From the NCBI RefSeq assembly GCF_033153115.1, contig NW_026889782.1, forward strand, positions 3,596,001 through 3,660,000: 64,000 bases of DNA, read 5' to 3'. The first letter of the stretch is position 1; each line of letters starts with the position of its first letter. Position numbers and translations under genes: made by a program. Shown here in pieces: positions 25,695-38,800 of the stretch. This DNA comes from Saccostrea echinata. Taxonomy: Eukaryota. The notes under the pieces are model-generated. The model saw nothing but the letters and a program-made list of their open reading frames with translations. It had not been told where the DNA came from and did no database searches.

Positions 25695-27890
25695 GCCATG
25701 TTGAATCCTTGGTATTCACCATCTTCCTCTGGATATGTGTCCCGGATTTTCTGGACAGCACAAGCAGGAAGTGGTGCACGACTTGTTTCCCTAACCATCC
25801 CCAACACATTTAGCAAGTTGTCTGTACCATATGTAGCGCATCCGCCTGTAAAATATTACAAGTTTTAAGAGGTTTTTGATGACTAAAACCATTTTACTTT
25901 TCATTTTTGGTTAAAAATTCTGTTATTGACTTTCACTGTTGTCTATGTATTTTCAGTTATTTCCCTTTTTGTGTTAAGATTCCTGTTCTGATTTTTTTTA
26001 AATAGACTTTAACTGTTGTTGTCTAGTCTGTTTTATTTATGAATTTTCAATTGTTTCATATTGTTGGTTATGTCTGCTGTTTTGATTTTTTTTTCATTGA
26101 TTTTTATTGTTGTCTAGTCTGTTTGTTTTATGTATGCATTTTCAGTTAATTTTCATTTTTGGTTAATGTTTGTCGTTTTTGTTTCTTTGCAGTTTTTATT
26201 TGTTGCATTTGGTAATGTTCAAGTACTTGCCTTTTGGCTCTAGATTAGGATAGAATATTCTGACATTGTTGTTGACTTTTTACTGATGTGCATTTTGTGT
26301 GTGTGTGTGGGGGGGGGGGGAGGAGTTAGTTATTTCTGTCAAAAAAATTTACAGGTTTTTTTGTTATCTTTATTCTTGTTTTGTTCATGCATTACTATCT
26401 AGTTGTGACTGTTGTACCTATTTTTATGGTTCTTGTTTGATATAAATGCAAATCATTTTACGGTCTATAGAATCTACAATTCATGCAGGCATGATATATA
26501 TCTATATATAAATAATTTTTTACATTTTCATCTCATGGAATGTTGTTTGTTTAGTTATTTCAAAAGTTATTTCAAAAGTTGTTTCAATTATTAAAGATTC
26601 TTGAACTGATGAAACCTGACTTCAGTTTCTTGTTTTCATTTTTAAAATCAATAATATATAATTTTTTAATGTCCTGAAAAATATTCAAATTATAATCTGT
26701 ATTGATACTTACCGATCAGTTTCGGGGAGTTCTTCATACTGTTGTCGATACACATAGTATGCAGTACGAAGAACTGATGGATGCAGACATACTGGTTGAA
26801 AACCATTGTGTTCTATGATGCATGGCTTTCCGGGATCTTCTTCAAGTACAGCCATTACTTGTGGAATTTCCTGACAGCACACAGACTCTGCAATAGAAGT
26901 CATTGGGGGGCAGCGACCACAGGTACACCTACAAAAATATTTCAGTTTTTCATGTTTTACTAATACATTCAGGAGAGTATAAAGCCAAGGTTTCACATAA
27001 CTCTGAAAGAATAAATTACTTTTGGACTGAATATGTTTTTCAAATTTAATTCAGTCTTTAGCTTTGGTGGGGGAGATTTATATACCATACTTGTGACAAC
27101 TAACAAGTTCTCAAAAGAACTTGCAACTAAGAACAAAAACTTGACCTAAAATTGTGAAAACTGGCACGATAAATAATTCATTTCAAATTACATAAAATAA
27201 TATTTTTGAGTTCTTAAAGGCAGATTACATACCAACATTTCAAGAACAAAAAAGTTATGCCTAGATTCTATCAAAAAAAAGAAGAAGAAAATTTGTATTT
27301 TAAAAAGGCTATGGTCTGGTATTATGCATGAATGTTCAGCTGAATTTGTGAGGCTTAGAGGTAGAATAAAGTTAAAATATTCAATTGACAAATTTACTAT
27401 CGTTAGATACTTTGAAATTATCGGATAAATAGAGTTTATCTATTTAAATCTAGCGATACAATTGATAGACTTTTGTAGGAAGCCATGTAAAATCGAACCC
27501 CGCACCTAGTTTCAGCGAATGTATACAGTCATTGTAGTAAAGATAACAGGAAATTTATATTTATAATTGAACATGAAGACATAGGTTTACTTCAATGTAA
27601 GAAATAATAATAAAAAAGCTTATTAAGATCAAATATAGGATAGATAACTACCAGTCATTGTTCCCAAGTCGATCTTGATTTGTGGCTTCCGGAGGACTAG
27701 CTGCCGTAGATTCCTCGTCTGTACTCGCTTCAGGCTCAAAAAGATAAGGTTGTGTACCCAAATTGGTCATCTCATCGATCGTTTCCTCAAAACTTGATGA
27801 ACCACAGTCTCTATCGCTATTTTCGTCGCTATAATCGCTATAAACACTATCTGTATTCGCCGCCGTCGTCCTCTTTGTGACGTCACACAA
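25693..27890 (-). pseudogene. KolX-like / P2X7 cytoplasmic-ballast-like Cys-rich protein, 3 exons
   Basis: QPYLFEP..RLGNNDW | CTCGRC..ESVCCQE..CIIEH..FQPVCL | YRQL..WGWLGK motifs; the last exon is frameshifted. Confidence 0.75.
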
Positions 27891-28304
27891 ACTGAGCCTC
27901 GTTTTCGGGTGTTTCTATTTTCTCTTGATTGGATTTCCGGTACAGGTAAAAATAGACATTTTACAAGCGGAATAACTCTGTAACTACTGCATGGATTTCG
28001 ATGCGTTTTTTTGCTATGGTCATTTTATGGCGTTCGTAACAAACGGAAATTATTGCAGTGGCCATTGCATATACCCTTTAAGGATTAGATACGAAAACAT
28101 TTACATGATCTTTTTCGTTTCTGGTATGATTTTTATATTTTAAGTAATTAAAGCTGGAATTGTATTTTTAGGTTACGTTTCGCTTTCCGTTCCGTTTTTC
28201 GTTCCGCGTTTTACCGACACCCACAGATTAAAATTTGTTAAAATTATTACCTTCCTCACCCTGGTGGATAGGGTTGGCTACCTTCACATGGGAATAAATG
28301 TTTT

Positions 28305-28620
28305 TTTTTTATGCCCCCAGATCGAAAGATCCCGGGGGTATATTGTTTTTGTCCTGTTTGTCTGTCTGTTTGTTGTCAACTTTAACCTAGCCCATAACTA
28401 TTGCGCTGTCAAGGGTAAGGCTCTTATATTTGACATGAGTGTTCATTATGACAAGACCTTTCCATTGATACAGAAATCTGATCATGTGACCTCAACTGTG
28501 ACCTTTGACCTACATTTGAAAAACTTTGACATTGGCCACAACTATTGCACTGTAGTCTACGTCCCATCCAGAATTGTGTTACCATCGGGGGCATAGTGTT
28601 TCACAAACACATCGTGTTTT
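28305..28620 (+). mobile_element. Short HINE-type element
   Basis: subTIRs TATGCCCCC / GGGGGCATA, GTCT microsatellite and a GTGTTT-cac-AAACAC 3' palindrome. Confidence 0.65.
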
Positions 28621-30114
28621 CTCTTCTCTACAAAATTTATGCAAGATATTCCCTACATTGCCTGGGCACGCCCATTGCATATTTCTTGTTATGTTGATAT
28701 TTTTCTGATTTATAAATCAGGTTCAAGACTATCGCCTTTTATTTTACTTGCCGCTTGAGTCGGTTATATTTCTTTCCCAATCAATTACCTGTACGTGGTT
28801 CAATTTGCGCAAGAGTGCTATTTCTAGAAAAAATGTTCACATTTCAGGGTAAGAACAAGTTTTTTTTTTAATTTTTAAGGTTTAAAACTGATATAATTAA
28901 AATTTTTACGTTCATCTTATTCATATTATTTAATTATCTGTGATTTACCTAATTTTAAAGGATATAAAATCAAACAAATGCCTTCTTGCCTTTATAAAAC
29001 TTAAGTTATTCATATTTCAAGCTACTACATTTAAGCTGAAATTGCATTCTGCAAATTAAAAAAAACATAGACACTTACATGAATGCTTATTTATTGAATG
29101 TTAATTTTTTTTTCCGAACTTGACATTTCATTATTATTTATTTTTATTGAGGTTTCAAGGGAAAGTAAAACAGTTATATAGCTTACGAAATTTGTCACTG
29201 AATTTAGGCAAGGTACCACAGTTTTTAGGTGGCCCGGGTTGGAAGGCGGGATCATTAACAAATAGTTAAGAGAAAAATATATTCAGCTCTGATTTTCCAA
29301 TCATCTTTTAGAATTTTGTATAATTTTCGTAAAAAGAATAACCTTAAATGTAAATTGATAGTTTTTTTCAAAAATCAAGTATGAATTTATAGGAAGAAAT
29401 TTGAAGAAGCTCCATACTTTCGGATATGAACAAAACATTTTGTATTTGGAAGCCTTTTGCCAAGTTTGTTATTTAGACAAAATATCAATAATTTTGCTGA
29501 AAATGCTTGTGGGCAGTTTTGCATGATTTTATCATAGACGAGAACTCAATGTACATGTTCAACTCTTTCTGTGTGGTGTTGATGTAGTTTCGGGTAAATA
29601 CTTCAGTGATGATAACAACAAAAAGAATGGACTTTACAATACAGACAATTACATTGTCTTGGATACATCTGCAGAATAACATCTGAATAATCTACAGATA
29701 GGTATTAATTAACCTCTGATGAATAAACGATAGATACAGACTTGATTAATTCGAAATGCCCGAAGATTAAGGTACATTAAGGCTCAGCATTAAGGTTTAG
29801 ATGTGTACAGCTATCATAATGGTTAGAAAGATTTACGAACGATAGAAATAGAGACAGTTGTACGCACAATTTGAAGAAGGATCTCTTTTAAAAAGAACTT
29901 GGAGCTGTACAGTTAATATATGCTCTGTCTGTATCATCTGTTTGAATGAATGGTTAAATTCCCATTCTACCTAATAAAGATACCTACAGAAGGAACACTT
30001 TAGAGAAGAAACCTGCTGTTGTCTTAGATTAGCCTGTAGATATCTTTTTTTACCGTTTTCTTTCTTTATTAAACAGGGGGCTTGAGTAAAGCATTGTTTG
30101 TGTGTGTCTACATA

Positions 30115-31327
30115 ATGGCGCACTCATTACAAGTGTGTTCTAACGGGGAAGGAACAGCGGAGAAGACAACTGTTTCATCAGAAAAATCTGAACTAGATGC
30201 CATGAGTTCAAATGATGCTACAAATTTCTTTTCTTCTAATTCATCATTGTTGTCAAAAAATGAGGGAAGAAATGACTCCAGGTCCCTAGCGCCCCTCCTA
30301 GATGTACCTAAATATTCCAACATAACAGAAAAACTTAATGAATGTTTGAGAAGCGGTTCTCATATGCTTGATTGCCTTCACTTATTAAATATTAAATTAG
30401 GTACAAATGATCACTCGCTGGGTAGTCTTCTTGAAGATTGGTGTTCTTCGACCTCATCCGAAAACGCGATTGGTCAGGAAGGTTCTAACCAGTACATTGG
30501 GTCCACGTCGAAAGAATTCACTTCACAACTTGCAGAGAAGTCTGATTTACTGACATTCTTAGCTTCGACCATTTCCGCCTTAGGAATCATTTGTAACTTA
30601 TCAACTATTGTTATAATTTTGAAAAATGATAAGCTAAGAAAACCATTTTACTTGAGTATCTTAAGTTTAGCTGTTGCCGATGTCTTGTATCAAGTGAATT
30701 TTGTTCTAAATGAATTTCTTGAAATTCCGTCAAGTATCTGTGAAGTTTTATGGTTCAAAAGCCTTTTTGATATAACTACATATACAACAAAAATGTTTTC
30801 TTCCTTGAATGTAATAGTACTTTTAACATTGAGGTACGCCATGTTTGTTCAACCATTAAAATGCCGTGCCTACCTCACAAATCCTAAAATATATATCATA
30901 TCAGTTATTTGTTTGATATTAAGTATTGTATACGGAGTTCTTATTGTAGAAGTTATATGGTCTCTGAACACCCCTTATTTAGATTTCTTGTACATAGCTG
31001 ATGATGGGCTCCTTCTCTTTTTTTTTCATCGTTCTGAACATCTATTTCCTTGTCAATCGATGTAAAACTGTGAAGTCATCGTTAGCTGCTAGGAATCTAG
31101 AAAAGCGGATGACGTTAATGGTTTTATTAATTCTGTTTCTAAGAACTGTGAGCTCGTTGTTTTCTATTGTTCAGAGTTCCCTTTCAAATGAAATCATGAC
31201 GGGTCTTTCTAATTATGAGAAATTTGATAACGATATTATTATTCTTCATGTAAGTAAGGTGTTTAAAGTTCTTGTTCACTCTGTGAATCCATTCATATAC
31301 TTTTTCAGCTCTACCCAAGCGATATAA
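30115..31327 (+). CDS. Host rhodopsin-family (class A) GPCR, intronless coding region, frameshift in a T-run at ~31020
   Basis: TM1 LGIICN, TM2 SLAVAD, TM3 end LRY (DRY-like) and TM7 NPFIY, split between ORFs 30082..31065 and 31001..31327. Confidence 0.8.
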
Positions 31328-32268
31328 GTATTTCTGTTTTGTTTTCAATGTAATGAGTGACATATAATGAAAGATTTCAATGCTGCTCACAGGAATAATT
31401 AACAATTTATAAGATGTTGCTGATATCAAAATATCATGTAACGTCATCTTTATGTGTATTCTGTAAATGATACACCTTGAAATCCCCTTTTTTATGCTGA
31501 ATTTTCTATGGATGAAATACGGAGATAACAATCAGTAGTCATGCTCAAAAGTCCATTGAAGCACTACAAATCTTAAGCAGATCAAACACACGGACATCCA
31601 AAAAAAAAAACAACAAAAAAACATCAGAGTTAGGATCGGGTGCCAAGGAGCATCCCCTGGTAACCGGTCACATCCACCGTTTGCTCCTTGTCATGATCGG
31701 GTAAACGGGGGAAAATCCGTGACAATTCAGTGTGAAAATAATGGCATAACCATTTGTATGTTAAACATCAGTCAGCATTCGACTAAATGATAGATTTTAT
31801 TTGCTGTTGTTGACATGGTCATCTTCTCTTTATCTGATCATGACGGGGTTCAGGGCGAATGTAACTGTTAGACAGGTGATCCTAACTCCTCCATATCATA
31901 TATAACATAAGAATTTCAAAGGTCCCTGCTTACTTTCAATCTGTATTGTTTAATTGGATTTTTAGGCATAATTACAAATCATTATCCTCATATTTCTTGT
32001 TTTAAGACAATGCATTGAAAATAAAACTATACATCATCTTTTTTCTCTTATGTCTTTTTTTTGGTATCGAACTGTATGTATTTCCTTTGTCTCTGACTCT
32101 TGGGTATAAAAGATTCAAGAGAAAAGCTCACGACCTTTTTACTGCAAAGTTGGACTACGTTAGAGATACTAGATTTACTGTGCAAGTTCTTCGAAAGATT
32201 ATTTAGGATGAAATCAATTGGGTCATGGCAAATAATATAGTTAACCATAGTTTACTATAGTATCAAAG

Positions 32269-33209
32269 TTTTAGCTCACCTCAACGAAGTTGGGGGACCT
32301 TATGTAATACCGTCGGCGTCCCTCGTTAAAGTTTTTGGTGCAGTTTTCTTTTCAAGTACTTCTGTGGCCTCTATTAATCAGAGATGCATGGAGGATGCTT
32401 CTAGTATGTGTCAAGGTTTCAGATGTTGCAATTTCAGCTGAAGAATGACCAGGTTAATGTTTTAGAGCAGGTGTAAGTTCTTGGAGCAGGTTAAAGTTTT
32501 TGGAGCAGGTCTCATTTCCAAGTAACTATAAGCCCTATATTGACCAAACTTGCAAGGATAATACATCTAAGGATGCACAGTACTGGACATGCTTCGGATG
32601 CTGGACCTGACCTACATTTTCCAGATGAGTGACGAAGTTACAGTTTTTGGAGGAGGTCTCATTTTCAAGTAACTATAAGCCTTATATTGACCAAGCTTGC
32701 ATGGATGATACATCTAAGGTTGTAGACTAATGGATTTGCTTTGGATGCTGGATCTGACCTACATTTTCCAGATGAGTAACCAGGTTAAAGTGTTTGGAGC
32801 AGGTCTCATTTCCAAGTAACTATAAGCCCTATATTGACCAAACTTGCATGGATGATACATCTAAGGATGCACACTACTGGACTTGCTTCGGATTCTGTAT
32901 TTGACCTACATTTTCCAGGTGATACCAGATTAAAGTAAACTAAAAGGGCTATCTGAACCAAACTTGCACGGATGATGCATCAAGGGATGAACACTCTCAA
33001 ACCTGCTTCAGATGTTGGATATGACTTACATTTTCTGGATGAGAAACTAGTTTTAAGTTTAAAGGTAAGTCTTTTTCCAAGTAACTGCCAGCCAAAATTG
33101 CATAAATGTTACATCGAGGGATGCTCACCACTAGATAATTAGTTTGGGACTTTGCTTACTTAAAGACAACATTCGTTGAGGTGAGCTCTGTAATCTCTGA
33201 TTACCTATG
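32269..33209 (+). mobile_element. HINE-type element with 147-bp internal tandem repeats
   Basis: subTIRs AGCTCACCTCAACGAA / TTCGTTGAGGTGAGCT, 3' palindrome GTAATC-tct-GATTAC, and repeat units starting at 32501, 32648 and 32795. Confidence 0.8.
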
Positions 33210-33871
33210 TTTTTTACTATAGTAAATCAAAATTTCCATTATAGTAAATTAAAGTACCTTTATTATGGATTTCACATTGTTATATTTTATGTTCTCCAAT
33301 TCATACATGCATATTGATTTATTAAATGAAACTATTACTGGTATATTTACATATTATTTCCAAATTTAACATCACTTTTAATGAATGTAAGAGATTATAA
33401 GCTTTGGAATCTTAAAAAAGATCATGAGTAAAGTTTCATAGTAAATCAAATTATTAAAGTTCTTACTATCGTTAACTATAGTATACTATAGTTACCTATA
33501 GTATGCTATAGTTACCTAAAGTTATGTAATATTGTTAATATTTGGATGTACTATGCCGAATAAAAGTCAGTGTTTGACACATTGTACACGAGAAGCTCTT
33601 TAAATCCAGGCGCGGGTATATCCTAGAGCTATCAATCTGAAACCAAGAATCAAACGTACAAATTAAACAAATAAATCAATTGTGTAGCTTTCACTGTAAA
33701 ACTGTCGATGTAATAAGGGCTTCATTTGTATCTTTGTTTAACGTCGCCACACAGGTGACGTCAATTCTCTAAAATTTATTATTTTATATTTATTTCCCAA
33801 TGAAATGATGAAAATTTCCATTTTTAAATACAGGTGTTTGTTTTTACTGAATAACTAAAATATCTCAGAAA

Positions 33872-34096
33872 TCTGGCCCCAAGACCATAAACTGAGAATA
33901 GACTTAAGTCAAAATTTCAAACCAATATAACTTTTGAAATAATTTTGATATTGAAACAAAATTTTCATCATATATTTCAATTTAAATGTTATATAAAATT
34001 GCAAATTTTTAAGTAAATACATTTAAGAAAACTCAAGATATTAAAAATCAAAATTTTGACTTAAGTCTATTCTCAGATTATGGTCTTGGGGCCAGA
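33872..34096. mobile_element. MITE with ~45-bp TIRs
   Basis: TCTGGCCCCAAGACCATAA.CTGAGAATAGACTTAAGTCAAAATTT and its reverse complement. Confidence 0.8.
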
Positions 34097-34820
34097 CTGA
34101 TTGAGCATCATTTTTGAGGTAGGATGGATACCAAGAAACACATTGAAACATCGTGCAGTTAAATTTGTATTTGCCTTGCCCTTGCACTTTTTGGTTAAAT
34201 TTGACATTTTATATCTTGACCTAAAATCGGAGCCACTTGACTGATGACAAACAAAAATACCGATGTGGAAAGCAATGGATAAACTCTTCCAAATGCCATT
34301 AAGATATTTCAAATAAAGTTACATGCTTTCATGAAGACCGTTCAACTTTGGGTGACTAATTTCGGTGGATAATATTCAGGAAACTTGTCATTTTTCTCAC
34401 TGGATCTGCTGGAGACTTCATGAAGCAGTATTTCAATTTCTTCCAAATTATACCAGTAAAATAAATACCAGTAAAAATGTTCCTACCGAAGTTGATTTCC
34501 CAGTCCTCAACTCGAAACGAAATTGGTTTTTCGAGTTTGAGTAATTTAACCTTTTATTGTCTTTTTTATGATCAGGTAACTTGTCTCTTTTTTCTGACTA
34601 GATCTGTGGGAGACTTCATGAATAAACAAGTCTAAGTGTGTGAAATACTACTATTCCAAAGAAATCTAGAATCTAGACAGGGAAATGTAGTGGTTCAAAT
34701 CGATTATGTAGATCAGTTTTCCATATGTCGCAGTCCTCATGAAATGATCAATTGTTTATGAATTCCAATTTCAGTTTGCAGTGCTTTTTCTCTTCTTTTC
34801 TGAATTTTAAATTATATCAC

Positions 34821-35306
34821 AGTAGTATAAGGGGTCTGGATGGCTGGGTCAACTGAGTGCACTTTTGTCCCCCCAGATCCTGGATGGCTGGGTCAACTGA
34901 GTGCACTTTTGTCCCCCCAGATCCTGGATGGCTGGGTCAACTGAGTGCACTTTTTTTTTGGTTCCCTGGCCGGTTCAATCTAGTATACACCTTGGAAAAA
35001 CCCAAGTAAAAAAAAAAAGGGGGGTCTACGTTTAATCTACGTTTTGTGCTGAGTCAGGTATAGGCAATACACAATCTTGGCATCGATTCAAGTATACCAT
35101 TGTGACGTCATGTGTGTCATTCACACAGAGCAAGCCTCTCTCTATTTTCTGAAAACGGAAAAAACAACAACACAGTAAAAAAGTGTGTAAGATGATTTAT
35201 TCAAAGTAAAAAATGTACATATTTACTTTTTCTTCTGGAGTTTCAGGGTCTTCTCCGTCTGGGTACCAGGAAGTTTCCTCTTGTTGTTAGCCTGCTTTTG
35301 ATCCTG
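34821..35306 (+). repeat. Left TIR (~490 bp), containing ~2.6 copies of a 44-bp unit
   Basis: Near-perfect reverse complement of 59813-60300. Confidence 0.95.
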
Positions 35307-35540
35307 ACTAGTCTCTATTTTCTTTTCTAGATTTCCAATCTCATTCATTATCACTCCTCTAAACACACGAATCTCAGTAATCATGTCTTCTTTAAACTCA
35401 CAAATAGTCTGTTGAAGTATCTCCATTACATTGGTCATTTGATCTAAGATATCGCATATCAAACTTCTTTCATTTCCTTCAATACTATCCTGTGTCTCTG
35501 TTAAGGTTGCAGGTGAATTCATGGACTTTTCCTCTGCCAT
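35223..35540 (-). CDS. Left terminal coiled-coil protein; knuckle-less paralog of the right terminal gene
   Basis: Promoter and 5' leader are homologous to 59154-59233; the C-terminus LKLQKKK is encoded inside the TIR. Confidence 0.75.
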   Translation of the reverse strand: MAEEKSMNSPATLTETQDSIEGNERSLICDILDQMTNVMEILQQTICEFKEDMITEIRVFRGVIMNEIGNLEKKIETSQDQKQANNKRKLPGTQTEKTLKLQKKK

Positions 35541-35880
35541 ATTTTTTTACGTCTGTCTAGTACCAAATGCCCACTAAGACTGATCCAAAAATTTCCAGCT
35601 CTGCTTTATATACCCTTTTGTACGTACTGTGTACGTCTCAATACTTAGTCTTGGATCAGCGAACTACCTATGCATTGTGACGTCATACACTGTATAAATA
35701 CAGCTTTTCTCCGACTTTCAGCTCATTTTGTTGTCAGATCTATCAAGATGAATTTTGATAGTGCCTTGAAACAATTGTTACATGCACAACAACTTATGAG
35801 ATGGAAAAAACGGGAGAAAGAATTATTTCTCGACAGAGAACCAGAGAATTAGTTCTCAGGAAAAAAAAAATGCGAGATTA

Positions 35881-38800
35881 ATGGAAAGATTAAAGAGAGC
35901 CAAAGCCAACCGAGCTCAACACTTACAACCTTTACGGAATCTACCTGAAGAAGAAGAAGAACCCTCTCCGTCTTCGTCACCACCTCATTCACCACCACCA
36001 CCACCGAAACCAAAAACCATTTCCCAGTATTACCAACTGAGACTCAATAAAGCTAAGCATTCCAGAAAATTTAAAGCTAAAGAAGATGTCTACAGTGTGA
36101 ATTTTAAAGAATTTCCAGAGGAGGAAAACAGAGGCTTTGTTCGGCAATTATTTAGAGACATGCTACAAAATGTCAAATATCAAATGCAGTGTAACCCTAA
36201 CGATTATGTACGCCTGAACATTCACCACCCTTCTCTGGATTCCGACATTTGGTACGAGTTTACTCAATGTAAACATTTAAACGAGGACGTCATTTTAGAC
36301 AAAATAGAAGCCGTGCAACAATCTAAGAAAGATTTTAAACTGGGAGACGGGTCTATGGAATTCGACATGTTTCATGTCAAATATCCAGAAGGCAGTGGTG
36401 GACAGAATACTAAACACCTGATGGTCAACAAGGAGAGTTTTAAAAAGAATAAAAGATCCATCGTTCAGATCGACAATCCTTGGGATAAATTTTGTTTAGC
36501 TCGAGCCATCGTAGTCACCCGGTTACACAGTCAAAAACCGGAAAATCCAGAGAGTTTAGTTGAATGGGAAAAATTATGGAAACGCATGAGATTAGGAGAT
36601 TCTCAATCCTCAGACCAGAAAAACGAAGCTATAGCTCTCATGGAACAAGCCGGGTGTGATATTCATCAGCCTTGTGGACCTGAAGAATGGGGGAAATTAC
36701 AACAGGTGTTAGCCCCTCGCTATCGACTGAAAATATTTCAGTTCAAGTCCACCTCCTCTAAACTCAGTTTAGAGCCCATATACAAAGGCGGCGGAGATGG
36801 AACTTGTTTAAATGTTTTGTTAGACGATCATCATTACGATGCTATTTTGTCTATGCCAGCTGTGACGGGCAACCCATATTACTGTGATCATTGCGATGTG
36901 GGCTACAGGAACATTACAGGCCATCGTACCAAGTGTCCTTACCGCTGTTCATTTTGTTTAACGGACACTCCCTGCCCTCCAGACGGGAGCCACATTCAAT
37001 GTTATCAATGCCAGGGATTTTTTCAGAGCAGAACTTGCTACGAAAACCATTTAAAACCTCACAGTAAGAATACGGTCACAACAGTATGCAGTTTAATGGG
37101 ACGATGCGACCATTGTGAGAAATGGATGCCTAAAATGTTACTCCCTCATCATCATTGCGGAGGACAGAAACAATGTAAGATCTGTAAGAAAACTGTAGAC
37201 ACGGATCATCAGTGCTACGTTCAACTGAAGCCTGAGAAAAAGAAAAAGAAAGGCAAAGAGACATTACAGTTTTATATTTATTTCGATTTCGAATGTACAC
37301 AGGAAAACGGCATCCACGTCCCTAATTTATGTGTGGCACACCGCGTATGTCAACATTGCGGACACTTACCCATAGAAGATCCCTGTCCTCACTGTCGACA
37401 CATGGGACCCTGTCAACACGTGTTTAAAGGCCCAGATACCTTAAAACACTTCATGGACTGGTTATTACAGCCCGACATAGGCAATAAGAATTCCGCCTTA
37501 TTACACGACGAGGCTATCATCATTGCCCACAATTTCAAAGGATATGACGGACAGTTCATTTTAAATTACCTGGTGCATTCCGCCTGCATGACGCCTACAG
37601 TCATCATGAACGGCAGTAAAATCTTATCCATGCAAATCTGCGGATTGAAATTCATCGACTCTTATAATTTTTTACCTTTTGCTCTGTCTAAAATGCCCTC
37701 TGCTTTCGGATTCACCGAACTGAAAAAAGGGTATTTCCCTCACTTTTTTAATACAGAACAGAACCAGAATTATGTGGGGCCTTATTCACCTGCGGCATTC
37801 TACAATCCGGACGACATGTCTATAAGTGGACGACAGGCTTTTTACCAATGGTACGAACAACAAACCGGAAAAGTGTTTGATTTCCAGAAGGAATTTTTAG
37901 ACTACTGTATTTCAGACGTCGATATTTTACGACGATGCTGTGCTCAGTTTCGAGCCACTCTCAAGAGCTTGGTCAATGTAGACCCCTTCCAGGAATCCAT
38001 CACTTTTGCCAGTGCGGCCAATTTAGCTTACCGTCGAGGATTCATGCCTGAAGATACCATTGCCATCATTCCCAACATGGGGTATCAGCCTGCGCGTCAA
38101 TATTCCGCCAAAGCCTGTCGGTGGCTAACCTGGATGAGTCACCAGAGCGGATCTCACATACGACATGCTAGAAACGGAGGAGAAGTCAAGATCGGAAGTT
38201 ATACTGTAGATGGATACCAGGAAGCTACTCGTACCATCTACGAATTTTACGGATGCTATTGGCACGGATGCCCTACCTGCTATCCGAATCTACAGACCGA
38301 AACTCATCCTCACCGGACACAATTTACTTACCAGGAATTACACGAGGAAACTTTAAGGAGGAATACGGTCTTAGAGGAAATGGGGTATTCCGTACATAGT
38401 ATCTGGGAACACGATTTCGATCAACAAGTACAAAGAGAGGTGGCATTACAGAATTATGTACGAGACCTGGACATTCCAGATCCTTTGAACCCCCGAGAAG
38501 CCCTGTACGGAGGCCGAACGAATGCTACAAGATTGTATTGTGAGGAGGGGGACATGAGATACGTGGACGTCTGTTCCTTATACCCTTACGTGTTAAAACA
38601 CAGACCTTTTCCTTTGGGCCATCCTCAGATCATAACAGACCAATTCCAGGACGTGAGAACTTATTTCGGCCTCATTCACTGTCGGGTCTTACCACCCCGA
38701 GGCCTTTATCACCCCGTTTTACCTTATCGCACAGGAGGCAAGTTATTATTTCCATTATGTCGAACCTGTGCGGAACGACAGGACTCTACTTCTAAACATC

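Larger units (their letters stand above)
24130..28077. mobile_element. 5'-truncated Kolobok-like DNA transposon with two convergent genes
   Basis: Spliced transposase on + and Cys-rich gene on -. The right end is ...ATACCCT followed by TTAA (28078-28081). The left part is cut at a SINE fragment (24070-24128). Confidence 0.7.

Noticed and set aside
25693-27890. Host P2X7 receptor
   Set aside because: No ectodomain or TM segments; it is paired with a transposase.
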